DNA of 16,267 bases from Azolla caroliniana (Eukaryota; Plantae; Polypodiophyta). Below are positions 1-10,769 of the stretch, piece after piece. The stretch spans positions 1 to 16,267 of the forward strand of contig JBHGNT010000756.1 of assembly GCA_043228905.1 (NCBI GenBank), in the 5' to 3' direction. Below the pieces are notes generated by a model. The model had not been told where the DNA came from and ran no database searches. It saw nothing but the letters and a program-made list of their open reading frames with translations. Within the stretch, counting starts at the first letter, position 1, and every line of letters starts with the position of its first letter. Both the position numbers and the translations under genes were made by a program.

Positions 1-561
1 AATTGGTTCGTCTCACCATTTTTTTCATTGTCATCCTTACCAATGATAAGTCCAATTTCTTTTCAAGCAATCTTCAAGGATTAATGTGTTTTTTACCAAT
101 CAATAATATTTCTTCTGTGTCTAAATCCATATAAACTAACTCAGAATTTAATTTGCATGATCAATTTCAAATCCATTACCTATTGAAATATATAATCCAA
201 AGTTCTGACAAATTTTTCAACAGAAGTTACAGTTATACAATACAACGGAATTTGAGGAAGCGAATGTGATTAAAAATTAAATATTAAAGATGCTGAGCAG
301 ATTTTATCAGTAATTCCAGGGCACAAGAAATATAACTCATAGATCTTATCAGTAATTCAAAATTTCCAAGGCACAAGGCTCTAAGACAACTTAGAAACAA
401 CTAACGGTGACCTTGTCAAGAGATTAGTTCTTTTTTTAATGATAAAATACCATAAAGTCAACAATCAACCAGAAAGTTAATTTTGAGTTGTGATTTGTGC
501 AACTTATCTAAACTCACTTCTCTTCACAGCTTTAAAAAAATTCTGATGGAAAACATCAGAT

Positions 562-3500
562 TCATAGCAACGGTTCAATGTTGATTTCTAATATTGAGCA
601 TGGATCTGGGATAAGAAAATTTTGTAGTACCTGGTACACAAGAAAGACATGACAAGAAAATTGGTTTAAAGAATGAAATTAGCCTCCATATTTTTCACAT
701 CAACCAGAATCTACTGGCTCTAATCCCCATGTACGGTTATCCATGCTTAACCTCTAAATCTCTACCCCCACATAGCACACACTCTGGAATATAATAAACA
801 TTCCATAATCAAACTTGAAAAAAAGCATTTACTTACTTCTGGATGTACGATACCAAATGTTCCAATTCGTGATCCCTTGCAAAATATATCTGCTTGTCGT
901 CCTGGGAAGAACTCTGGTTCCTGTCATCATTCATTTTTCTTTGTGACTCCTTAGTATCATATTTGAATTAAAATATTTTAGATATGATATTTGAGTTGCA
1001 GATTATTACCATGGCAGGTTGGATATAATATCCTGAATTATCTCCAACTGATACAGGATTCACACCAACGACTTGCATGATTCTATCTACTAAACCATGA
1101 ATCACCTGCAAATTACTAGGTCATTTCAATGTTTCTGGCCTAAGATTAATTTACCCAATTGTCAATTTTTTGAAGGTCTTACGAGAAAAACGCAATTTAA
1201 ACGGGCAAGTTTTAAATTTATTATTATCGACCTGTTATTACAATAAAAGAGGAAAACCAACCTCAAAGCCTGAGTTGACATTGCAGTATAAAGCTGCTAA
1301 ATGCCTCTCATTCTTAGCACCGACATCTTTACTAGGGTCTAACAGAACAACATCCGAGAGCTCAAATAACTGCATGTAGAAGGACATCAAGTTTCAAACT
1401 CTACTAATCAGACAGTAACAGTCTGTGGCAGAGTTCTGAAGAGAAACCTTCACAGGACGAGGATGATCCTTATTATGCCCCAATGTCTTTAGAATCCCTG
1501 GCAAGAGACTGCTACGCACTACCTAAGAATGGAACAGAAGAGGTTATATCCATCCTTTATATCAAGTACTGTTTTCGTGAAAATATCATCACACCTCAAA
1601 TTCACTGGTACGAGGATTTCCCACGACAACTGCATCACAATCTTTGCGCTTCACCAAGTTAAAATTCTCATCAAGTGAACTTAATATCCAAGTAAGGACT
1701 TCTGTAAACCCAGCCATTGCAACCTGAAAATAACTCATAATTTGTTATGTGAATTACCTCAATTAATTCTGGGGTTCATACTAATGGAGTAGAACTGAAC
1801 TGATGGATGTGATACTTATAAAGGGCCACAAAGTTTTCTGACCATATATACCAAACAATGAAGGGATCAGACCACATATACCTCTGCCCTTAGAGAATCA
1901 CTAAACTGATTTAAAGGTTGCAGCTTTCCTTGGGTAACACATTTTGGTATTGTTTGTTTTATGTTGTTAAAACCATACCCAATCGCAACATCCTGGAAAA
2001 ACAAAAAATTTCTTTAATGAGATCTTATTATAATGTAAGATTCATGAACATATAAGATTGGTTTATAATGAAATGCCTAAAGAATTACGCCCTCAAGTTA
2101 GAATAGAAAGCTACAAAATGTTTTTACCTCCATAATGTCACATGGATGTAGAACATCACTTCTTGTGGGTGGCACTGATATACGAATCAGTTCATTTCTG
2201 TCCTCCAGAGAGGGAGTTTTTGTTGCAGAAAGCTGCATTCTGTTTAGAATTTTTATCACCTGCCAATAGAATAACATTAAGAGTAAACACCTATGATATA
2301 TGAAATTTAATGTCTAGAAAAAGAATTTCTTACCTGATTTGTTTCAAATTCCACACCTACAGCACTGGAGATATAAGGCAAGCTCACTTCCATGCTCCTT
2401 GAGGACAGATCTGGATAAATACTTGAGATTCCATTAGCAGATATAACCTCCACAGGTTCAACCTCAAACTTATTTGTACAATACTCAGAAAATGTCGTCA
2501 CCTGTAAAAATGTGCAAAAGTTTTTCTACATGCATAATATAGAGTATTTTGCTTAATTATCTAATTTCCCCAGTATTCGAGAAATATAAATGCTATCAGA
2601 GGATGCCATCAAGCATTCCATATCGAAATTAAATAGTCACTGCACAACATTACAAAAGAACAGTTTCGTGGTTGGACATGCACGAGCACTATCATTCTAA
2701 GACATCATGGCCTTTAAATAAGCTTCTAATTGAAAGGTATTTAAACTTATCTAATCATCATCTTTCTTCTTCTCCTCCTTTTTGTTCGCCTTATGTTCTT
2801 TCCCTTTGAGAATATTTTTCATAGGAACTATTTTATACTTAGGATGTCCACACCAGTGACAACCTAGGGTTCTGAAAATTATATCTCATCTTTTCTTTTC
2901 ATTATCAGAAACAAGTGAGAAGGTAGATCTTCATTCTTATAGACATTTGCTAATACTAAATCTGACTTTCTTTCATGGTTCAGGATTGTTCTAGTATAAT
3001 CCATCCAAAGCAGCAAATTTGACTTGACAAAAGTAAGCAGTTTTGCAGCAGACGGGTGATCTGATTGAAATTAAAAATAGCGTCTTCAAAATGCCAAAGT
3101 GACAGATGAGATCAAGGGTTTCTCTTTGTAGATCTTATGTAGCCTGTGAAGTCAACTGAATCAAAGGCTTCTATGTGTAACTCGGCCGTGATCAAAATAA
3201 GATGATATGGGAACAGTGGGTAGAAGTCAGATTAATCAACGATTTATTAAATCCAAATGCAAAAGGCATCTTACCATTGTGTTTAGAACAATCTTAGCTT
3301 TAGTCAAATCTGTTGCAGTGCACTCAATGAATACGTTCTTTGTGTTTAGAGTGATTGCAGAATGTGCACCATTTATGATTGGCGGTAATGAAAGCACCGT
3401 CCTGACAATACCACGTTCTTGTAAATAGCAAGAAGTTTCAGAAGCATTTACTTAGCATCACACACCCATTTAAATTTGGCAACTCTTTGTTAAAATGCTG

Positions 3501-6500
3501 CTGTCCATCTTTTTTCAAGTATCTAATACAAACCTTTTGCTGTCATAAATTACTGGATACACAGGGGATCCCTCAATAATATGTAAAAACTTCTTCAGTT
3601 TTGTATCACTCTGCAGCAAAGAAGAAACAGATTTACAAGAGATATAGCCTTAGAAAAGCATTCCGTATTTTATATATTGTAAACATCCTTACTTTATAGA
3701 ATTCCATTAGTTCCTCTGCTGTGTATTCTTTTGTCTGCAGACATTGAGGTCTCAGTAATTTGGTCATGTTCGATTAGTAAAAGCTGTGGATGAGTTTGGG
3801 AAGAACAAATTTTACCTGTTTAAGAGGAATGAATCTGATGTCTGAAGGAGGTAATGCCTGAAACAAAATATTTTCTTAAGCTCCAGCTGTGTTAAAATAA
3901 TAAAGCCTCATTTTAAAAAAACTAAATAACTCTATGGCACATGCCTCGTATGAAAATGGTCCTACTAATGTATCCAAATCATGAGTACCAATAGCAACTA
4001 GTGTTCTTCGCCTACAAAAGTAAACAGAGACACATAAGACAGAAAATTTAGAATTTGAGCCACAATTAAAAAATTTGTTTATTTTAACAAAGTTGCGTAG
4101 TACTTTGATGTGAAAATGGAAGCAGAATGGAAATAAGACTTTCAACAATTAGGCAAGGAACATAAACATATAACTATGATTATTAATGAAAATATATTAC
4201 TGAAACATGACAATTTGTTACTTTTGTTGACATAAAGCACAGGATATATTTTACTAGTAATATTACGAGAGAAGAAAATACTCTATACATATATTAGAAT
4301 GAGAAATAGAGTTATATGCAAATTTATTTATTTATTTATTTATTTTCTTGGGGTAGGGGCATGGACGGACCATGGGATGTGAAATTGACAAATACCTATA
4401 AGTGCATCTAATAAGTTACTGAGACACACTAAGAAATGCATGGACTGATAAAAACATACCCTGAGAAGTAGCTACTGCATTAAGTAAGCATTACGTCAAA
4501 CTAAATTCCAACCTCATGCAGAAAGTTTCAAATTTACAATTACCTGCAAAGATTCTGATGTAGCTTATCTTGTAAGTCTATGAAGCTGTTATATCGTGCT
4601 TCATCAAAGGTAATTCCTCTCAAGATAGCACAAACTACAAAAGGCCTTATCAAGGCTGTCTGCAAGAAGAAAAAAGTCCACATTTAAACAGAGTTAAGAC
4701 ATGCACGCGTACGGAAACTAAATAAATAATCAGTAGGGCTCTTCCAGAAAAAGATAAATCCAAAAAACTATTCAAAGCAAACTCAGGTTATTTGAGTGAG
4801 GACAAATTATTTTTCAAGTTAAGCTGAGAAGAATATGAGATAAATTTTTAATCGAACATGACCAAATTACTGAGATCTGAATGTCTGAAGACAAATTATT
4901 TTCAAACAAAGGCATCAAAAGAATGCTGCTTGAAGAAGCATAATAAAATGTACAGAAAGACCTTAAAAATAAAGGGAAACAATTTTTATGCTAACGACCA
5001 TGTAATTACCTCTGCCTTTACTTGCACCTTAACCAAAGATGCAGATGACATATCACAGACATGAAATCTTGGAACCTGCTCCATCTCTTTAAATATGCGG
5101 AGGGATCTGGCAAGGCCTTCAAGACTGAGTAGATCATACCTAGAAGCAATAAACAGGAGAATATTGTGGATTATGAATTCCCAAGACGAAGAAATAAAGC
5201 TGTTAACATCATTACAGGCAATTGATTATTATAGAATCCAAGTCCTCAATCAGATCATATTTTAAATAGATTACCGGAAGAACCTCATCTCATTATTTTT
5301 GAAGCAAGTCATATCAGCTTGTAGCTAAACATATTATCGCAAGTACATCCCTATGATATGATAACCAATAATAGAACCTAGATAAATATTCTATGAATGC
5401 TTTCTCCAGCACACTACGATTGACAGGAGAATATTGTGGATTATGAATTCCCAAGAGGAAGAAATAAAGCTGTTAACATCATTACAGGCAATTGATTATT
5501 ATAGAATCCAAGTCCTCAATCAGATCATATTTTAAATAGATTACCGGAAGAACCTCATCTCATTATTTTTGAAGCAAGTCATATCAGCTTGTAGCTAAAC
5601 ATATTATCGCAAGTACATCCCTATGATATGATAACCAATAATAGAACCTAGATAAATATTCTATGAATGCTTTCTCCAGCACACTACGGTTGACACATAT
5701 TTTCTTCAGCTCAGATCCTTAGTTAAGGTCAATGATACCTGTTTGCTGGAATCTCAATTTTGTAAATAATCTCTTCACCTTCCTCAGCTTCCTCATCAAG
5801 ATGCTTTTCCTTTCGTACAATGGCCTTCTCTGTAGTCTAGACCACCAAACGTATCTAATCTTAGCAGTTGTAGTATATGATTGAATCCTTTCCAAGAAAT
5901 GTATTAATGCATTCTTACGATATCATCCAGCTCAATTCCAAAGTCGAAGCAAAGTTCATCAAATTCGTCATCAGCTATACATTTAACAGTATCAATCCAA
6001 AGTAATATTAGAATAATTGATTTGATTAGAAGAAAAACATAGCAAAAAGTCACTTCTAAGTCACCGTATTTTATATTTTCTTATTCTTAATGCACACTAG
6101 AACCAATACATCATCACATTTCTACCATCATATGACATGGGAAAGATATTATAATGTTTCTACCAGATTTCGATCAGATTAAATGTTTACAAAATCATTC
6201 AAATAAAGCAGATCATTATAGACACAAATATTTTCGAAACCTCTGGATACAAAATAAGATTATGATAGGTGAATATCTAAACAATGAATCCAATAAAAAC
6301 ATGGCCACTGTTATGTGTTGTAAATAAATAAATCTTCTTGAATGGTTAATTTCTCTGAATACAAAACAAGATGATGATAGGTGTATATCTAAACAATGAA
6401 TCCAATAAAAACATGGCCACTGCTATGTGTTGTAAATAAATAAATCTTCTCGTATGGCTAAAGGATTTTATAGGAGCAATTCACTTATAGTTTTAGCAAC

Positions 6501-8453
6501 CAATATGGTATCAACTATTTGACGTTTTGATGTCTCATGAATAATGATATCAGTGTTTACTCCCATAACACAATCAATTTCCTTCATTTAAGGGAGTTCA
6601 TTGGGAGCCTAAACTCACCTAAATCAACCGGGGTCATTTAAGAATCCAAGAAGTTCTAGCACAGGATCATAATCATGTACTCTCAGAGTGGATCATCGAA
6701 ATGTAAAAAGACAACTTCTTTCACATTGTATGTTTGAAGTAGGTGCTGGTGAACCTCCAATACACACACACACACACACAATGCAACCCTATTGGCAGAT
6801 ATTCAAGGAACATGCAGAAGATATGGCACACGGCCATTGTAGTGGGCAAAAGACTCTGGATACATGATTCTAATGCAACATTTTGAGTTCCCTGAGATGT
6901 GTGATAGCTATTTCCAATGTCTGGTAGCATCATCTTGATCTGTACCCCCAATTTGGGAGAAACTCTCTATCAGGTCTTGTTGATTGAGGGGCATTTTGAT
7001 TATCATGCCAGAGAGTGATGATAGGGTCAGAAGGAGTGGAGGTTGTAATGCAATTAGTCATATGAAATCAACAATTAGTTGCATGAAACCATTCCGGCTG
7101 AACTTGTGTTGGACATAATTATGTCTAGTAGATCTCAAAACAGATAATGCCCAAGTCCAAGATTCATAGGTATGCTCAGGAATCACATGATGTAATGAAT
7201 AAACACAAAACAGAACAAAATGAAAGAGGGGACAAGGAATTTGCGTGGTTCAGCAAGCTGCCTACTTAACTATTTCCACAAAGAAGGTTATAAGCGTAAC
7301 ATAAAAAAAAAACTCAATGTCACTTCCCTGAATAACATGATGGTTTTCAGTGTCACTTAAAGAGACTTATTTGATAATATCAGAAGCACCCAAGAAAACA
7401 ATTTCCTCTGAAATCTTTCCTTCTTTGGTGTTCAAGATGCAGCAGCCACTTGTTTAACATGCAAATAGACACTTGCCTGGCATGCAATGGTTCACCCCAA
7501 TATTAACAAACATTTCGCGAAGTTTAGGAGTATTAATTAACATCAGCTGCATCACCACCACATATTGACGTGCAATACCATACGTTAGTCAGTTTTTGCT
7601 GGAGATTCGTTGCTAGAATATTGTCCATCTACAGACAATCCCAAACATATCCTCACCAAAGTTGTCCAATTGAAGACTTTGGTCACTCAGCTATTGTCTA
7701 TTTGACCCACTACTAGAGCCAAGTTGAGCTATTAGAGGCATTTACAGCTCAGGAGTTAGGCTGTTATATCAACCAGCTAACTGGGGGTATTACTACCATT
7801 GAAGGTGCTACCATCGTTACTTTTTCTCATCATACCATCACTTGGATGACCCATGGGAGTACATCAAACAATTAGACCAAACCTTCCTGACTTTGGCCAT
7901 TCAGCCACCTCCTAATTTTTTATTTTCTCCTAATTTTTATTTGTAATGAGAACTGAAACTTGGGAGTAAATACCATTTCCGACCAGCACATCACTGTCCA
8001 AACCTGTTTCTTTACCAATTACTTCTGGCCGATTTGACCACTCAACTATACAGTATTCATTATTAAAACACGTAGGAACACGAAACTGCATTTGGAAGAT
8101 CAATCAACTACTGAGTATCGTTTATGCTTGATACAATTATATATACTCAAGTCCTGCAATGAGACCTAAAAGTGGGCATGCGTACCTCTATTTATAGTGA
8201 TCAAGAGACACTACAACATTTGGAAGATCCCGTATTACGATTGAAAGAGTAAATATATACACATTTCCTAATCCAAACAAACATTTTGAAGATTCGGCAT
8301 TTGGGGAAAACCACGGTTTACACAATTCCTAATGCAAACGATTGCAAACAGAAGCAGCAAACAGAAAGGAAAAGAGAGGAAGTTGTAGAAATTACTGAGG
8401 GTATGCTGAAGAGCCTCGAAGAAACGATCACGAACCACAGAAATGGTGGGCAT
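562..8453 (-). CDS. FARSB: Phenylalanine--tRNA ligase beta subunit, cytosolic (19 exons, 594 aa)
   Basis: Hand-spliced exons (minus strand, listed 5'->3'): 8396-8453, 5919-5974, 5739-5836, 5010-5139, 4544-4659, 3945-4011, 3816-3857, 3693-3734, 3534-3610, 3275-3401, 2334-2501, 2128-2259, 1882-1992, 1595-1723, 1448-1522, 1262-1369, 1010-1105, 837-920, 562-630. Total 1785 nt, all phases consistent, GT-AG except one GC-AG. Recognised eukaryotic PheRS-beta motifs: [98 protein letters not shown], ending EINIEPLL*. Confidence 0.97.
4323..4342. repeat. (TTTA)5 microsatellite in PheRS-beta intron 5
   Basis: Seen directly. Confidence 0.85.
5153..5695. repeat. Tandem duplication, 2 x 270 bp, in PheRS-beta intron 3
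   Basis: 5153-5422 matches 5423-5692 with two substitutions (5187 c/5457 g; 5419 a/5689 g). ACA microhomology at the junction. Confidence 0.97.
6241..6461. repeat. Tandem duplication, about 2 x 112 bp, in PheRS-beta intron 1
   Basis: Copies start at 6241 (ctctggatac) and 6353 (ctctgaatac). About 8 substitutions over about 109 aligned bases, counted by eye. Confidence 0.92.
6762..6780. repeat. (AC)9 microsatellite
   Basis: Seen directly. Confidence 0.9.
6800..8020 (+). mobile_element. Decayed, internally deleted Ty1/copia retrotransposon relic in PheRS-beta intron 1 (antisense to host gene)
   Basis: Plus-strand peptide remnants in copia order: WIHDSNATF (6857-6883, cf. protease WxxDSGAT); HIDVQYH (7561-7581) and [15 protein letters not shown] (7616-7660), cf. 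RNase H KHIDxxYH...YCPxxDxxADxLTK; G-run at 7783-7787 resembling a polypurine tract. Stops and frameshifts throughout; boundaries approximate. Confidence 0.7.
7191..7337. mobile_element. Short solo-LTR-like insertion nested in the copia relic
   Basis: Begins TGTAAT and ends ATAACA (TG...CA, imperfect terminal inverted repeat), flanked by TGA on both sides. Contains GACAAGGAATTTGCGTGGTTCAGCAAGCTGCCTAC, which resembles a motif I recall near copia LTR ends (recollection, not a search result). Confidence 0.5.
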
Positions 8454-8479
8454 GGTGACGATTACGTTTACTTATACAG

Positions 8480-8545
8480 CAGCGTGAGGGAGAGAATGTG
8501 TGTGTGTGTGTAAATATATAATGGCCAAGCAAATTTATATATCAG
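8480..8545 (-). promoter_or_regulatory. Putative core promoter of the PheRS-beta gene
   Basis: Minus strand reads TATATAAAT (8541-8533) and TATATATTTA (8520-8511), then a (CA)n run and a CT-rich tract (TTCTCTCCCTCAC), ending about 30 nt before the ATG. The ATG context is GTCACCATG. The TSS itself is inferred, not seen. Confidence 0.55.
8497..8511. repeat. (TG)7 microsatellite in the PheRS-beta promoter/5' UTR
   Basis: Seen directly, about 45-58 nt upstream of the ATG. Confidence 0.9.
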
Positions 8546-8617
8546 GCAGAGTCTTCTTCATCTAGGGTCTGTGAGACACACAGATCACTAAAATAACATA
8601 TTAACAGCCTTTCTTAC

Positions 8618-8897
8618 ACATGAGAGACAGAGAGACAGAGACAGAGACAGAGAGAGTCTGTACCCTTTAGGCTTTCCATAATTACCACCATACCCCCCTC
8701 CATCAATAGAGTACCCTAAACCTAAATATTGAAGACCATTAGGGTACTCTATTGATGGAGGGGGGTATGGTGGTAATTATGAGAGACATGAGAGAGACGA
8801 AGAGACAGAGTTTGTACCCTTTAGGCTTTCCATAATTACCACCATACCCCCCTCCATCAATAGAGTACCCTAAACCTAAATTTCCAAGACCATTAGG
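8618..8897. repeat. Direct repeat with a nested inversion: 43-bp unit forward (8677-8719), reverse (8739-8781), forward (8831-8873)
   Basis: CATAATTACCACCATACCCCCCTCCATCAATAGAGTACCCTAA occurs exactly twice forward and once as an exact reverse complement. The flanking direct repeat covers about 8654-8743 vs 8808-8897, each copy preceded by a GAGACA-type tract. Confidence 0.95.
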
Positions 8898-9049
8898 CAC
8901 ATCCTAGTGTTTGACACCTTTGATCAATCCCTGCTATGGATCTATTTGTACCATGCCAAGGCGCTCTCCTCTTTACTTAATCATCAAGATAGCAATTATG
9001 GATACATATATTTGAGCTTGTAATACCCAGACCACACATTCAATCCCTT

Positions 9050-10300
9050 GTGCCTTCATCATCATAAGGAACTAAATTAATGTAGGCCTCTTAGGTTCTC
9101 TTCTTTCGACTTGGATTATTGTCGAGTGTATTATTTTCAGCTGAAGCCAATATTGTTGCTTCAAATTCCCTTTCTATCTCGATCACCCCAGATGCAAAAG
9201 TAATAAATAAAATAGCTTTGGTTAATTCATGGGCTTTTAGATTCCTTTGCCTTGAATTTTTGCTCCCATGTAGTATTGGCATTGTGTACTTCTACACTTA
9301 GAAACCTCTCTACATGCTATGAATGATAATATTACTAGTGTTTCCAATTACCTTTATTTCCAAGCTTAAACTCGCATAAGCCTATTAGATTTGCAAACAA
9401 CTTTAAAGTGGAGCGAATACAAGTTTGGAAGGTGGAATTTTGTGAGGGATGTTGGTAAATGCTATCATTTAAGGAAATGATTTAGTGCATGTTCCATATA
9501 CATGCAATCCCAAAGTGCAATAAAATGTGTCTACATGGACATACCAAGTTCCTTGTAACACCACCATCATTTGCACTTACCCCTACACACATCTATGGCT
9601 AAACAAGACAAACATGACTTTTTGGAATAAATCGGACACGAATCTCCATAAACACATGCCAAGTTAGTATGGGGAAGCCAAGTGTTTGTGGGGCATAATG
9701 TAATGACTTGCAACAAGGAGAAAAACATATCAAATGAAAAGGAAAGTTTGGATTGTTCATTTCCATTGTTACCATAAACAATAACATTGCTAAATTTGCA
9801 AGGTCAAGTAAAAGCATGATTTCAATAAAAATTGCAAAATCAAGTAAATGACACAAAATGTTATTCAATCCGGATATAGATAGTGTCTATTGGTAAGTTT
9901 CCACCAAGCATGAAATGTTGCAAATTCTCACTCAAACAACCTCAAGTAAAAGATGCTAACATATAAAGTGATCGAGAAAAGTATAATAAGCTACAATAAA
10001 AAACTAAGAGCATTATATGATAGTTCACAATTACCCACATGTTTCAAATGCATCAACAATGATCATACTCTTATCTTCTCTACCCATTTTGATAATATAA
10101 CATAGTTATAAGGAACCAACAAACAATCCTATCCACCCATTATGATTACTTCCCCCGATATTTTACCCTAGAGTCAAAATCCTAAGGTACGAATCATGTT
10201 CCCTAGAATTCAAATATTTATTCCTCAAGCCCCTTTCTCCTATGTGCAAACAATTTCCATTTCTTTCTCTCCTATTTGTTAACATTACTGGTACATCATC
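9050..10300 (-). mobile_element. Heavily degenerate copia-like gag-pol relic in the intergenic spacer
   Basis: Weak minus-strand remnants in the expected order: DTIYI/GLNNIL (about 9890-9855, cf. DVLYVPGL.KNLL); HKHLA...RCV*G* (about 9690-9575, cf. WHxRLGH...CxxGK); LFANLIGLCEFKLGNK/IKVI...GF*V*KYTMP (about 9400-9275, cf. integrase core). Individual matches are poor; the support is their collinearity. Confidence 0.4.
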
Positions 10301-10769
10301 TCAAGGTCAAATATTCTCAAGGATGATTGAAACATTCAACCCTTCGGTAGACCCACATGATTTATTCATAAAAGTTACAACCATCAAAAATCTGAACCAG
10401 ACTGATTCATATATGATGTAACATCTCAACACATTTTGTGTGACCCATTCCTAAATATTCATGCTATCTACATTCTAACTGAAAAGTCAGGGTTTCCTAC
10501 TCTTGACATTCTCTAATTGTATAACTCGGGAGAACACACTATTCTAATACATGCTTCTCAGAGAATGATGGTTGTGGAATTTTCCTTAAAGCTTCTATCC
10601 CAACGTATTCATGGGGAAATTGTTGATGATTTCCTTTTTCTTTTCGAAAACCAGGGCTTTGTAGCAACTGTACAAAAATCCATCAGAATTACTGTTTGGC
10701 TTAATTCTGACTGATGCATTCAGACAGTGCAGCAACTTGAATACCAACGGCACAATCTCAAAAATGTTC

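Noticed and set aside
2596-2761. Intronic C/D-box snoRNA in PheRS intron 10 (ATGATGA ... CTGA on minus)
   Set aside because: No convincing terminal stem or recognisable rRNA antisense element; such boxes arise by chance in AT-rich DNA.
8757-8773. G-quadruplex in GGAGGGGGGTATGGTGG
   Set aside because: At best a two-tier structure, and it would be outcompeted by the 43-bp duplex stem.
8654-8897. CRISPR-like array
   Set aside because: Only two direct copies plus one inverted copy, no unique spacers, no cas genes, and a spliceosomal-intron genome.
9091-9868. ORFs 9091-9282, 9119-9301 and 9599-9868 (hydrophobic) as a small-protein or toxin-antitoxin module
   Set aside because: Eukaryotic context, no homology I can recognise, and better explained as open stretches in decayed retroelement DNA.
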